Positions 24,754 through 40,015 of a DNA stretch of 64,000 bases are shown piece by piece (within the stretch, counting starts at the first letter, position 1; each line of letters opens with the position of its first letter). Source of the DNA: Hormiphora californensis (lineage: Eukaryota > Animalia > Ctenophora); the NCBI GenBank assembly GCA_020137815.1, contig CM035362.1, forward strand, positions 1-64,000, given 5' to 3'. Below the pieces are notes generated by a model. The model did no database searches. It saw only the letters and a list, made by a program, of their open reading frames with translations, and had not been told where the DNA came from. A program made the translations under genes and the position numbers.

Positions 24754-25064
24754 GTAGGTGAGGGAGAGGTGATAGTCGATGGAGTTGTGAGGTTGGACAA
24801 TGGAGGGAATATGACCAAGGGAGGGGGGGGGGCGGCTGAAGTTTTTGAAGTTTGAAGTTTTCCACCCTATATACTTTTTGAAGTTGACTTCAAAAACTTC
24901 AAAAAGTCTCAACGACTTGTATATGCTATCAGTGACTATCAGGGTATTATTACACTTGTTTAGGTTAATGTTATCGTTAATACATATTTTGGCTAATTTA
25001 TCTGTCCTTGTCTGCCCCTTTTCTACCACTTATTAGGATATTAATAATAATATAATAACTACTA

Positions 25065-25965
25065 GGTCATTCGGTAAATATCTGGACAGGTATGTTTGTG
25101 AGAGAACGGAGCTAGATAGAGCCAAGCGACCTGTTCCAGCGTCTTCCTTGGACATTTTTAGGTTGGACTAGGATGGTGGGAACCTTCGCCTGCTGGCAGT
25201 ATTGCCTCACGAGCAATATGTTTCAATGCTACTCTAGCTGCCGCTTTATGCTAACTTTTAACTCAATTTTGGACCAATATGACCTACTTCCGGATAATTC
25301 GGAAAGTTTTTAACCCTATATATTGCTTATCAAATGCCTTGAGATGCTCCATAAACCTTCCTGAAATTTTTGGATAAAATTTCTAGCATGGGGAAGCGAT
25401 TTTCACTAGATTTGGTAAAGCTGAATTTTAATTTTTTTTACAAATGTTGAAAAAAGCCGCCATGAGCCAGGTACCCATTGACCGATCGTAATAAAACTAA
25501 CATAGAACCTAGAAAATTGTATAAGCTAACATTTAACGTTGGATTCAAGTCATTTAGACGTTTAGAACGTACAAAAACGGCCATGAAGTGCGCAAGGAGC
25601 AATTTTGGCAAAAATCCAATTTTTAAGGATGAAGATGGAATCTAAACGCTTAAATTATCGTTGCATCATATTCAGGCTTAAAAAGTGATCTAGGAACACT
25701 GGTCAAACCGATCATCTGTCCCCAATAGAGAAAATGCCATGACATATTCAATCATCCGTAGTGCCACAGTTTTTTCTTGCATAAAGCGGCAGCAAGAGTG
25801 GCATTGAAACATATTGCTCGTGAGGCAATACTGCCAGCAGGCGAAGGTTCCCACCATCCTAGTCCAACCTAAAAATGTCCAAGGAAGACGCTGGAACAGG
25901 TCGCTTGGCTCTATCTAGCTCCGTTCTCTCACAAACATACCTGTCCAGATATTTACCGAATGACC
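25065..25965. mobile_element. Non-autonomous DNA transposon with ~180-bp near-perfect TIRs
   Basis: TA|GGTCATTCGGTAAATATCTGGACAGG ... CCTGTCCAGATATTTACCGAATGACC|TA. Confidence 0.85.
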
Positions 25966-26205
25966 TAATATGTTTATATTCCGCCCATATCCGACAGGGA
26001 CAGAACAATACAACAGTTACTGTCACTGAAGGATGATCTGAACGGTTAATATACTAGGAAGAACCTCGACAACTGATCCTTAATACACAAAAATAGTAAA
26101 GAAAATTAACTACCGGCTCACATAACTATCCGTAACTGATTACATAACAGACTGGATTAGAGTCCTGGAACTCTAAAAAGATGGTTTAAATTTCCACATT
26201 TTCAG

Positions 26206-26305
26206 AGAGCTCAGATAGTTCCGATAGCACGAAAAAACCGCTAATGACTCCTGGTAAACCTGCTGATGATAATGCCTTTCAGTTTGTTCAAGTCTTTCAG
26301 GAAAG
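26206..26305 (+). CDS. FAF1: FAF1 exon (start of UAS domain)
   Basis: ttttcag| ESSDSSDSTKKPLMTPGKPADDNAFQFVQVFQER |gtaatt; compare KSPMMP...LQFTAEFSSR; phases 1 to 2. Confidence 0.82.
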
Positions 26306-26317
26306 GTAATTGTTTTT

Positions 26318-28558
26318 GGGGGGGGGGGGGGGTAATCATGGTGACAAATGGTGACAAATGGTGACAAGTGGTGACAAATGGTGACTCATCTGACCATTTA
26401 GAGTATGTCACCATCACCATTTGTCACCCCAGTGGCACAAGCTTTCAATTCTACCGGAAATGTCAAAAAACCGATGACCGATTTCTGCAGTCTGCCGGTT
26501 TCTGCCGGAAAAATCGAAAATATTGCCAATATATACCTGAATATTCTGTCGGTTTTTGATTGCGCATTCTTAGCGCTAAAAACTCCTTTTAAAAGGTGTC
26601 GCCGCTTACATAAAGATGTTAGAGGCTATCCAGAATGATTAATTTGAAAAATTTTGGGGGAAAGTGATTTGGTTCTCTGCCGGTTTTACAATTCTGCCGG
26701 TCAAAACCGGATTGGAAGATTTGGACTTCTGTGCCACTGGGTTTGTCACCATTTGTTTCCATTTGTCAAATTTTTTGACGAAATATGCGAATAAAAATTT
26801 GATAAAATTTATTAGTTTCCTTAGACCGATATATTTGTTCATAAGTTGTTAACATGGCCATTCCGGATCGGCTAGTAGTGTTTTGGAACATACCGTAATC
26901 TGGGGTAACTTTGTTTTGCAGGGTAACTTTGGACACTTTCAAAATTTGGCTTTAGTCCAAAATTACTAACAGATAACGACAGATTTGGCATAATTTTTGG
27001 GTGTACAAGTAATTGACCCACAAATGTTTAACTAACGGTACAATTATTTTTTTCAATTCTATGTTAATTAGCTCCTAATTAGGGGCAAACATAATTGATG
27101 TCAAAATCGCTTAAAATGTTCAAATCAAAATGGGTACCATAGATTTGACCGGGCTAATGACCGAATCAAGTTTGCTCTATAGAGTGGAAGGGTTTCGATC
27201 AAATAATTCGGGGCACCATTTTTCAAACCCAATCAATTACTTTAATTGAGACTAATAGGGGTGGCTAATGTTACCCCGCCATTTTTTGAATTTTGGGGTA
27301 ACTTTGGACGGGGTGCCAAAGTTACCCCACACTACAGGTTTTGAACTTTTGATGTCTGTAGAGTTGCCTTAGACCCTCTCTGAATTGTTTAGGGCCATAT
27401 AACCAAGATTCAGCCCACTCCACGCCCATTTCCATCCGTCTATTCGATAGGTTAGTGAAAAAAAACTAGGATTTGGACTATTTTATGGAGCTAAATCATA
27501 GAAATCCGGCCTGAAACCCATCAAACTTCAATAATTTGGGGTTCCTCATCCATCATGTAGCTTGTTAGATGGTATTGGCTCACTAGGCGAGTGTCTAGTT
27601 CTTGTAGACAATCTATGCAGGAGCACAGGTATAACCAAAACTCCTTTATTTAGCCAGTACCCATAAGTAGACCACTTCCTGTTTATCCAATTCAGCAAAA
27701 AGAACTAACACACTCGCCTAGTCGAGGGCCAATACCATCTACCAAACTACAGGATGGATGAGGGACCCCAAATTACTGAAGTTTGATTGGTTTCAGGCCA
27801 GATGTGGCAACCTCTAAATCAAGTCCGATCGAGCTGAAATTTTATTTGGTGGCTAGTTTCATCATTCCTCAAACCCAAAAAAGTTGAGTCGACATCAACA
27901 ATTTTTTTTAAATCATGGGGCGTTTGGCTAACCCTATTGTTCTTTTTTAATTTATTGACCCATTTAAACCCCATTTAAACATTTTAGGTTCATTTATTTA
28001 TCATTGCAAAATGTTCGGATTTATGTTTGTTCCAATATTACTATCGTGGGGTAACTTTGGACGGGTGTCCAAAGTTACCCCACCCTCATTCCAAAGTTAC
28101 CCCATGCCCTAAAACCCCACTTACACTAAAATACACGTTAATTAATGTAATTAAATGAGATGGGACCAAAAATTTCACTAGTTATATCTGGTGTACTAGG
28201 TCTGGAACGGGATTATTTGGTTCAAAAATTTTCGAGTGTGGTTCTGGCAAGGAGTTATTTTAGGAGAATGCTAAAAAGTTACCCCAACTTACGGTAACAG
28301 TAAAACTTCCCAAAAGTCACGTTGAGGGTTTGCCTCCCTCGCACAACACATAAAAGCTCAATTAACCACCTGTGACCACTTAATTATGTCAAATCGACTT
28401 GAAACTTGGTAGAAGTGCTCTAGTTTTCTTATAATTGTCACGTAACATCATATTATGCCTGTAGGAAGCTCCATAGAGAATGGTGACTCATCTCAAATTT
28501 TTGGTCATGTCACCATTTGTCACCGTATGTCACCATGATTACCCCCCCCCCCCCCCCC
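26318..28558. mobile_element. Poly-G/poly-C-ended MITE with nested insertions
   Basis: G-run+TAATCATGGTGACAAATGGTGAC is inverted at the far end; flanks ATTGTTTTT / ATTGTTTTA; contains TA|CCGTAA...TTACGG|TA (~26893-28295) and an inner inverted pair (~27508-27800). Confidence 0.75.
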
Positions 28559-29509
28559 ATTGTTTTAGTGTTTTGTAATTTTTATTTCCCTGAAAATCAA
28601 GCGCGACCAAACTGTGACTCTGGAGCATGTGCTTTCAGGGGTGGCGGAATGATTTTTCTCCAGCGGGGCTGGGGGCTAACCGAAATTTTTGGTGATGACC
28701 TTTTTGTGAGGAAAATTTACTCGATTTTTCAAGTTCAGATTTCATACTTTTTAGGATTTTAAGCCGAAAAGTTGATGTTTTCATTTTTTGAGGTATCATT
28801 TTTCCAGTATTTCCCAGTATCTTCTTCCCTGTTTAATTGTTGCTCGTATCTCATTCAGAATAACCTTTTGAGATGTCCGAAATCGACTACACATGTGGAA
28901 GACCTTTTTAAATGAACCTTTAGCATATCAAATGTGCCATTTTTGAATTCTAACCCTGCTAATGATCCCAACTCAAATCGAAACGCAGAAACTTATTTGG
29001 GCATGCAATGATGAAAAATCTGACACTCAAAAAATATCAACACACTCATTCAAATTTATTTTCTTCTCTGCTAACAAACATTGTTTTGTGTTAACCTCAC
29101 GTGTATTATTTGTTAACTCTCTGTACAGAGGATATTAGATAAACAAATACACAAATTCACACCTACTCAATATATACATATATCACATTTCATTTTCCAC
29201 ACTCTTGCTTCCCTAGATCTAAAATTTGTTTGTGTTTGGTTGGGGATGGGGTTTACTGTTTAGAATGGTTCGTGTGCAAAAGTCTAGACACTCCTGAAAA
29301 AGAACTTTCCTGAGAGAATTTAACAGTGCCAATGGAAGCTCTACACACAAACACATCAGTCATCACACCGTCTATAAAGTCAGTAACCGGCTGATTTCCC
29401 TCCTTTTCCCGTACGTGCAACTATTCCTGCACGTACATACCAGGTACTCTGTACCTCTTTCATCCTTGCATGATGATGTTGGTCGTCGCCAGATGTTGTC
29501 CCTCCTTTT

Positions 29510-29624
29510 TTACAAGTTACACTCATGAGTACACACGATAAACTGGTCAAACCGAGAGTTAGTATCGCCATTTATATACTTTTGGTAGCACTCCGCAATA
29601 CAACTGAGCAATGGGGTCATTAAG
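29510..29624 (-). CDS. Candidate last exon of a nested secreted-peptide gene (CX3C-X18-CX3C)
   Basis: taccag|C start is phase-compatible with exon 30968-31086; LMTPLLSCIAECYQKYINGDTNSRFDQFIVCTHECNL*. An alternative in-frame acceptor lies near 29662. Confidence 0.4.
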
Positions 29625-30061
29625 CTGGTAGTATCATTGGGGTTTTTTAAGGGGGCTAAACACTGTGAATAATGAATATGGTGGATAGTAATTAGTAGGA
29701 TTACTTACTCTCCTTTTTTTATTTTTTCCAAAGGCATTCAGCCGGATGCCTTTTGTAAAAAGGTTTTTTGTAAATAGGTTTTAGAAATCTGTAGCGGTCA
29801 TAGTGAATACGTGTAGTTCAACCAGCTCAGATGTCCCGTCAGGGCTGGCTCCAGCCCGATATTTCTGGGGGTGCAGTGGCCAAAGGCCACTGATCCCGAA
29901 TAGTAGCATTTGCGACCGGAGCGCCTGAAGGGCGCCACGCCCGGGGGGGGGGGGGGGGTTTGGGGCGAAGCCCCCGGAAATTTTTTAACTACAAAATCAA
30001 GCAAATTTTAGGGTTTTTAATCATTTTTGTACGTCTACTTTCTAGATTTATGAATGCTACA

Positions 30062-30155
<94 letters not shown>

Positions 30156-30967
30156 GCTCTCTCTCACTCAGTGATGTTCACTAGGTGATCTGTCAAAAAT
30201 TCCTGAAATTTTACTGAAAATTCTGTATTTTTGGGGTGGTTTCCCAATCCAAATGGTCTCAGAAAGTCTCAGAAAGTCTTGGCAGCTTCGCTTGGGGGGG
30301 GGGTGTGCTATTTTTGCCAAATCGACTTGAAATTGAATTATAGATCCATTATGTAGATGAATTGGCTCCTGATATGCTACTCAACCAGTTAATAAAAAGA
30401 GTGAACCCATATCACGGGTCAATTACGTTGGCACGTGCTAAAGTGTGTTTTAGGGCGTTATTTCGAACAAAACACACATATTAATCGCCTCTGAATGACA
30501 ACTCATACAACTGCTACTTTCAGTTTGAACCTTCAGAACTCCACTTTATTTAAAAAAATCCTTTTTTTCTCTCATTTTTTCTTGATAATTTTACCAACTT
30601 GCAGTATTTTGGGGACGAATTTTAATTTTTTGAGTTTTTTCTTGGTGGAAAGCAAATTCCGGTTATTACCGACTAATTTTGGCCTGCTGAACACGTTGTT
30701 ACGTGTTACGTCATTGATTACTGGTAGAGTTATAATACTGTATTTATATACGAGTTGTGATCTAAACTGCACCTAGTGTTGCTAGGATATCACATAGCAC
30801 TACAAATAGAGTCTAATTAGACAACCATTAGCTATACCGACTCACGTATCAGTACCCAATTAGAAGCTGGCATGGCAACTGGTACATACTAGATCACATG
30901 CCATTACTATGAGGTGAGGAAATCAGGCGATATGGCACCGTATCGCAATTATTCTCGTTTTACTTAC

Positions 30968-31086
30968 TCTCCCTGGATGATGCCTCGCTTTTGAACGAGA
31001 GTTGAACACTCAGCATCGGGTACCAGGACCATCAGTACCATCACGATTACAGCCAAATAGAGCATCAATGCGGACCTGAACTTCAT
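30968..31086 (-). CDS. Candidate first exon of a nested secreted-peptide precursor (signal peptide plus KR site)
   Basis: MKFRSALMLYLAVIVMVLMVLVPDAECSTLVQKRGIIQG followed by a consensus GA|GTAAGT donor; acceptor-like gttcctag 11 nt before the ATG. Confidence 0.62.
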
Positions 31087-31170
31087 ACGTGCGAGTGCTA
31101 GGAACGTGTCAGATTGTTAGGGATTTTGTAGTATCACAACGCAAGATAACGTGTACATATATATGTATAT

Positions 31171-31312
31171 ATTATGCCAAAAACTAACAGAAATTAGTTG
31201 GCTGGAAAGGTGACCATTTTGTTGTCAAACTGACACCTTTGCCCTCTCCGGGTTTCATCATTATCTTTCCCTCTCTGATTTCTGTCTCTCTCTCTCTTTC
31301 ACTCTCTCTCTC

Positions 31313-31343
<31 letters not shown>

Positions 31344-32397
31344 CCGTGATTTACCCCCTGATTTACCCCCTGATTTACCCCATCGATCATATCCGTAACC
31401 CGGGCCGGGCAAAGGTGTCAGTTTGACAACAAAATGGTCACCTTTCCAGCCAACTAATTTCTGTTAGTTTTTGGCATAATTGGGGTATATTTTTGGTATT
31501 TTCTGATGTGAAATACAATGTAAGACATGTCTGGACGTGTAAAGACCGTCAGGAATCGCTAAAATACGAAAATTTCAATTTTGATGTCATTATGACGTCA
31601 TAGCGTGACGTCACGACGTTATAACGTCAAGATAGGGATATATTATTATCAGGCTCATCTAGATAAAGATGCTGACCAAGTTTGAGATCGATTGGACACG
31701 ATTTGAGGTCGCTCTGGCGAAAAACGCATTATCGTCATATCTATTTTCATACAGTCTTAACACTTCAGACGCGATTTGAGACCCTTAGAAATAGAGTTTC
31801 ACAAATTCGAGATATAGTTTCTGAAAGTATAGACGATTATCTTTCGTAAGTGCGGTCTCCGTTTTTCAATCAGAAGCCGTCTTCAGGGTGTAAATTGAGC
31901 TCAAAGAAATTTGGTTGATTTGAAAAAACTCTTATCTTTATGACAGTTTGTTAAGACGTTCTGGTTGGACCTAGAACATGAAAACTATTCGTCTACACAA
32001 TTTGAACGATTATCTTTCGAATGCAACAAACGAGAAGTGTCTATCTTATGTCGTTTTCTCTCAAAAATGATTATAAATTTGGTAAAAACAGTGTCTATCC
32101 ATAGATAGATACATAGATACATAGATAGATAGATAGACCCGGGACATTTATTGCTTTTTTCACGATACCATATCTCTAAAACGAAAAGAGATAGAGACTT
32201 GCCCTTTTAAACTACAGTAGATCTAGACTATGTGACACTGTATACCAAATTTCAGACCGATCGGTGCAGTGGGGGCCTCCCTATGGGCGTCGCAAAATGC
32301 CATTTTTGGCTAAAAAGTGAAAAAAGTTATTACTGCACTCTGGCACACGCGGCTGGGGGGAGGGGATGGTCACCTTTGCGCTTGCCAGCGCAGTGAT
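31171..32397. mobile_element. Helentron/HINE-like non-autonomous element, copy 1
   Basis: About 70-bp inverted repeats enclose a (CT)n tract at one end; terminal hairpin GCGCTTGCCAGCGC-AGTGAT at the other; TA-rich flanks; near-identical to 38575-39890. The family assignment is an inference. Confidence 0.65.
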
Positions 32398-33757
32398 ATT
32401 GTATATATATAGCGTTAGAATGCGAAGGATTTTCACTGAGAAAAAAAATTCTGCAACTCAATAGAATCGGCAAAGTTCCTATACTGAGTCAATTTATGGA
32501 GAATGATTCCTTAAAATGATGCTGCGGCTGATGCGTCACCATTTTAAATATCTTTCAAGAGCTTTTTACTACGTCAAACAACTGTTATGGACAGTAGGGG
32601 AATGTGAGACTATAGCAGAGGTTGATAGAAAACTGGCAAGCAATTTCGGGCATATTTCGGGGAATTCCTGGTCTTAGTGGTCATCTAACGAGTCAGTTAT
32701 TGCTAATTTTGTGGGATGGACAATATTCATTTGTCTAGAATGGGCCTTATTAGTGTCTCTTCAAAAAGTAACCGGCTTATGGAAAGTTGTATCACGTTCA
32801 TTCTATAATGGTCCTTTCTCGGAAGATGCAACTCTAACAATTGCACAGCTTTTAGAGCTTTTTGAGCTTTTTGAGACTCTGTACACATATCTCGCATAAG
32901 ATCAACAACATTGTGTCAAAATTTTAGAACCATTGGAATTAAGGTGCGGGAGGAATTTAAGATTTAAGGCCCTTCCTTTTTATTGGGTATACATAGCTCA
33001 AAAACCGCACAGTTGTTAGAGTTGCATCTTCCGAGAATGCAGCATAAGTTGCGAGTAGCACAACAGGGACAATCTAATGCCACAAAACCATAATAATAAA
33101 GGCGTATAATGGTAAATTGGGGCCCGGTAAATCGAGGTCAGACTGTATATCCAATAGAAACACGATTGCACAAACAGCGCAGTCAGCTTTAAATTTTGTC
33201 CAATCAGTCAATCAATCAATCGAAACTCCGCTCGGTGCTGCTTTTCCGAGGACTTGTTGTTCCGTCCTATAAGTCGTATAATGCTCAAATTTCACCCTCT
33301 TTATTATAAAGAAAAAATTGCTCTAGATCTTGTGGCTAAAATACTGTATTTGGCAAACTTCTCAACTAGAAAATGGGCTCAGTACCGCAAGTTTACTATC
33401 ATGGATCTGGTTTCATGGAATGCCAATTTGTAAAAAACAGAGTCGAAAGATAAAGAAGGAGTTAATGGAATGGTAACGGGTACTGGGCATGTTCTTTTTT
33501 GTACCCTCCCAGTGACTGGAGTCCTTAACCCATTATTCATCAAGGGAAAACCTCTTTTTTATACAGTCGGACCCCCATTTAATGGTTGCTCGGTGGAAAG
33601 GTTTTTACCCGGTAAATCGTGGTTTCGGTAAATCGGGGTTCCGGTAAATCAGGGACTGGTAAATTGGGGTCCGACTGTATAAAATAGCTGTTTCCCTTGA
33701 TGAATAATTAAATGGGTCCACTGCAGTAGCAGTCATACTATAAGCAATACTCCCTAG

Positions 33758-33946
33758 GGGGAAACTCTAACTGAATGGCATCCCATTAATGAGATCCCAT
33801 CAACAGTAAAACTCTAACTGATAATGGACCACAGTGATGGTTCTTTCTCTGTATTCTCTGTCACCATCACTGTGGTCCATTATCAGTTAGAGTTTTACTG
33901 TTGATGGGATCCCATTAATGGGATGCCATTCAGTTAGAGTTTCCCC
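33758..33946. mobile_element. PIF/Harbinger-like hairpin MITE
   Basis: TAG|GGGGAAACTCTAACTGAATG...CATTCAGTTAGAGTTTCCCC|TAG, 3-bp TSD. Confidence 0.8.
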
Positions 33947-34614
33947 TAGTATATCTATAGTTCAAGGTACTAAATTTTCTTATCTTGTGATAGCAGAGTA
34001 AATTGCAATCAAATCTAGTGCTCATTTATACCATTACCCCCCTTTGTATTACACTTGCACACGTGATGTATCTTCCCCTCATTCTATTCTTATCTCTTTG
34101 TATTCAAGAAGTCTCATTGTTACCCTGCACAACTCTTTGTATCAAGTTAACGCAATCCAACGCACCGATAGCTCCTTTTCTCGAAAACAATACGACTAAT
34201 TTTTTTAAAAGAAGTCTCGAATTGACCAATAATGTATTAACGAGATGAGCCCTGCTCCACCCCTCTTCACTTCTCCAATATATTGCTTCATCATCTCACT
34301 ACTGCTCACCCAAATGCGTGCAAATGCGTGCAGCAATGTACTGCAAAAATCACCCACGTGCACTTCTAACCCCCCAGCGGTGGCAAATCCCAAAACTGGG
34401 AAGCCTCTCATGGTCAACCTGACAGGGCTCCAAACAGTACCAACCGCTCTAACCAACCAACCAACCATCTCACTACAGCTGCAGCTGCAGTCTGCACTAC
34501 CCCTGACACCTGGACATTTGTACCAAAATAGCCGGGCCGTGTGCGGAGGACGCAGTGACGTGAAAGCGGTTGTTTGCGCGCATTGTGGCGCGCATTCTCA
34601 TACTCCACCCGTGA

Positions 34615-34780
<166 letters not shown>

Positions 34781-34905
34781 GTATAGAAACAGGCCGTTAC
34801 ACCAACAACCGTAGAGACAAGCGTTACTGCCCCTGGTGCAAGAGTCTGATCATCTATAAAGTTGAGTATGAGGAACATGTACTGGCCCACTGGCCCACCA
34901 AACTA
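34781..34905 (+). mobile_element. Tiny 3' fragment of a non-LTR retrotransposon
   Basis: IETGRYTNNRRDKRYCPWCK...VEYEEHVLAH matches the IETGRY-CxxC-EDExH C-terminal motif of LINE ORF2 proteins. Confidence 0.6.
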
Positions 34906-35827
34906 ACTTTAAGAAACATGACACTGTGTCTTTTGTGTTTGTCCGATTTAATTGATCTCGGTCACATTGGAAAGCTAATCGATAGCCAAACACAATTGGT
35001 TAAATTTTGGACCGGAAAATAATTGTTTCTGGAATTAATGACCATGTTCATTCCGATAAAAAAAAAGAATTTTGAGCTAGAGGTCTGAAATTTTGGTCAA
35101 GTTATTTATTTGTCTCATAGAGTAGCTGTACCAAATTTTAGAACTCCACGATATCTGGAACTATGGTTGACTTGGGGGGGGGGGGGGGTTTTATTGCCCT
35201 TTATTTATTACTTACTTTACAAAGCCTACCACACAGCAACGAGACCGACGAATGGTCACCAACAAATTTTTCAACTGAAATAATCAAATGACCATCTCAG
35301 CTATCGTGATTATCTTTACTACTTAGTAGTTTCACTGCCAACCCTATTTTACGGCCCTATACTTGCTCTCCCTGTATCTAGCTACCTGTCTCTCACTATC
35401 TTTTTCTCTCTCGATGTGCTTCTCTCTCCCCTACCTTGCGCCTCATCTCTCCTTATCGCCACAAACAAACCAGACAGCAAGCAAAATGAAATGTGATCTC
35501 CAACCCACCTTCCTCCCATACCACTTTAAACTCATCCACAAAATCATGATAGTTTTTTAAAACTTATATTCAAATTGTGTGTTATCCTAATTCTACAAAT
35601 GCCCATAAAAGCGGCAACTCCTCCATGGGAATTGGTTGATTGATTGACTCTAAACTTAGGGGCAGGTTGTCCTCCTTTAGGCAATCATAGACAAATAGAC
35701 CTCTATACTTAGGGGACTTGATATATTATGATCAAATTATTAATTAGGGGGTGATTATGAGCCTGAAAGTAAAAAGTAATGAAAATCTACTCACCACATG
35801 TTCATATTTGCAATAATAACTCCCTAA

Positions 35828-36080
35828 GGGGAAACTCTAACTGAATGCCCGCGCAGTAATGGCGTCCCATCACTGGTAAAACTCTAATTGAATGGAAGGA
35901 ATGATGGAAGAACGCGCGACCATGCTCGTGTGTTTGTCATCGCGCCCTACGTAAAAGCCTTTTCTTGGCAAAATTTGTGGCAAATCCTGACGCACACAGA
36001 GTGATGACTCCCATTATCAGTTAGATTTTTACCAGTGATGGGACGCCATTACTGCGCGGGCATTCAGTTAGAGTTTCCCC
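35828..36080. mobile_element. PIF/Harbinger-like hairpin MITE (same TIR as 33758)
   Basis: TAA|GGGGAAACTCTAACTGAATG...CATTCAGTTAGAGTTTCCCC|TAA. Confidence 0.8.
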
Positions 36081-36116
36081 TAACAATAAATACCCCCTAT
36101 ACCCTCCTTATTTCAG

Positions 36117-36260
36117 GTACGGACCAACCCACCCGAGTTTCCACATGGGCACGCTACGTAGTGCTATGACTGCTGCCTTCTCCGTACCAGCCCAACTCAA
36201 GAGACCATTGATCTTATATTTCCACTCAGACCAGGCCATCTCAGCTCACATATTTTGCAG
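36117..36260 (+). CDS. FAF1: FAF1 exon (UAS domain)
   Basis: tttcag| (R)YGPTHPSFHMGTLRSAMTAAFSVPAQLKRPLILYFHSDQAISAHIFC(S) |gtaaat; compare RYGDCHPVFFIGSL...LAIYLHHD...VFCS. Confidence 0.9.
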
Positions 36261-37339
36261 GTAAATAGTATGGATCATAATAATTCGCTGTGTCCTCTCG
36301 CTTATTCCGAGAAGCGAAACATTCCGATTTTTGATAGGGTAGGCTGGGGCACTTTGGCCCACCGGGTAAAGTGGCCCATGTATGGCGCAAAGTGGCCCTA
36401 GTAATAACATCAAATATGTGGTCACGTGACCTGCTCGTTCTGTTCCGGATTTTTGTTGTAATTTCTGTTTGAAGGATAATGTTTTTTAATTATGCACTGA
36501 ACTGCTGTAGACATCACCCACTCACTTCATACACACACAAACACCCACACACATGACCAAGCCTGTACGACAGGTTATTGATCACCGGCTGTATTACAGC
36601 ACGAGAGAGCCGTCACTAGTATCGTGCAGTGATCCGAAGATCATGATAACAATTAATATGACGTGATCAACTGCTATAGCCCAACTGTTCATTCTGAGAA
36701 TTCTGATACAAAGATATTATTTGCCGTACTGATATATGAGGTAACTCCAACCCCCCAGTTTCATCTCCTTGTTTAACATGGGAGTTACCAAGGGAATCCA
36801 CTGGGTTCGATTAATCTAGGCACATACCCACAGTACTATTCGAATTGGCGTATCTTTATATCAGGAATCTCGGATAGCAACAATCCTTGTGTTTTATTGC
36901 TATCTGAACAGATTAGGCGTATAGACAGGGCTCTTATTATCAGCAGTGCTCACGTTTCAAGGATAATGTTTTTAATTATGCACTGAACTGCTGTAGACAT
37001 CACCCACTCACTTCATACACACACAAACACCCACACACATGACCAAGCCTGTACGACAGGTTATTGATCGACAGGTTATCTCAATCTCTCTCTCTCACCC
37101 TTTCTTTCTCTTTCTCTATTTCACTCACCTCTTATATCCCTGATACATTTTAAAATAAAACCCGGCATCAGGCAAAGGTGTAAGTGGGCCACCTTTCCCG
37201 CCAACTAATTCCAATTAGTTTTTGGCTTAATTTAGGTCCCTTTTTGGTTTCTAATGTCAGTATGACATTATTTCATGATGTAAAATTGTCAAAATGATGT
37301 GTTATATGAGAAACGAGACGAATTTCTGTGAAAATCGTA

Positions 37340-37381
<42 letters not shown>

Positions 37382-38574
37382 ACCATGGTTACACACACAG
37401 TAGCATTTCTTAATCCCCAATCCTGATTGGTCCTCTTTATTTGCTTGGACCAATGAAATTTAGCTTGCAATACCACATGACACTGCACAGTGCACTAGGG
37501 CAAAGTGGTCCAGAACAGAACCTGCTGGAGACAACATGGGCCACTTTGCCCCAACTATCGGTGTTCTAAAAACATCAGTCACGTGATAAAATTGAGTAAT
37601 GCTATTGGCTTGGGCCACTTTGCCCCAGTGCAAATTTTCCAAAAAAAAAGCCTCACCAAATTTTGCCTTGTTCGACAAAAAGGTTTGAACAAAACAAACC
37701 AAATTATTTGAATTGATTAATTAACCAATTAGATAAAACTTGCAGATTTTAAAATTTAGCTCGGCTGAAAGGAAAACGTCTGATTGGATAGCCTATATAA
37801 TTTTTTTCTTCCTGCTGTATATATTGCGTATTTTAGAACCCAAAACGTTAAAAATGGGCCACTTTTGCCCCAGCTTACCCTAATGTGAACGGCCGCCGCA
37901 CATTCAAAAGGTTGTGTGGTGTTATATTGGTGCTTGAAAAGCTATTTCGATTAAAGTGCAGATTAATAATGTGAACCGGGGATACACATTCAAAGAATTG
38001 TATTTGCGTGTGATAAATCCAGTTCCTGGAAGCGTTCCTAGGAATCGCCAACTGGAGTTAAATGCCCGGCAGGGTGATTAAACTGGTTTAAAGGGCCTAA
38101 AACCCAAATTTTATTTATTTATTTTGAACACTACATTGTAACAAGCATGCTATTGGAGTCCCAAATTTGAAGTTTTGGGTAAAATTTAGCCTTGTGCTTC
38201 AGGTGAGTACACTATGATACTACATAATCTTTCTTGTCTCTGTATTCTGGTAAGTTTTCTCCTAGTTTTGATAAGCCTAAATAATTTCTATCCTAGATTT
38301 TATATTTGAGATCATATTGTTAGCATTTCAAGGAATACAAGCGCGTTTACAAATGGGCCCCAACTTCTATGACCAATTATATGGGCCCCAACTTGAGGGG
38401 CTCCCCCTGGGCTCACCTGGGGCCCGTGTGGCATGTACCTATGTTTTTTGGGACTCCAACAGCATGCTTGTTACAATGGAGTGTTCAAAATAAATAAATA
38501 AAATTTGGGTTTTAGGGGGGGGGGGCCAACGAATTTTTTATATATTTCCTTAATTTTGGAATTTTTTATATATA

Positions 38575-39890
<1,316 letters not shown>

Positions 39891-40015
39891 AAAAATATAT
39901 AAAAATATATAAAAATATATAAAAATATATAAAATATCTAAAAATATGGTTAGTGTAGAGTCTGTGTCGTTCAAAGGGACCAAAGGAAGGTAACAAAGCG
40001 TTCCCTCTTAATATA

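Noticed and set aside
29380-29571. ORF MAILTLGLTSLSCVLMSVTC... with a weak signal-like start
   Set aside because: It overlaps the CX3C-X18-CX3C frame that is phase-compatible with the upstream signal exon, and its hydrophobic core is poor. Treated as the less likely frame, but not excluded.
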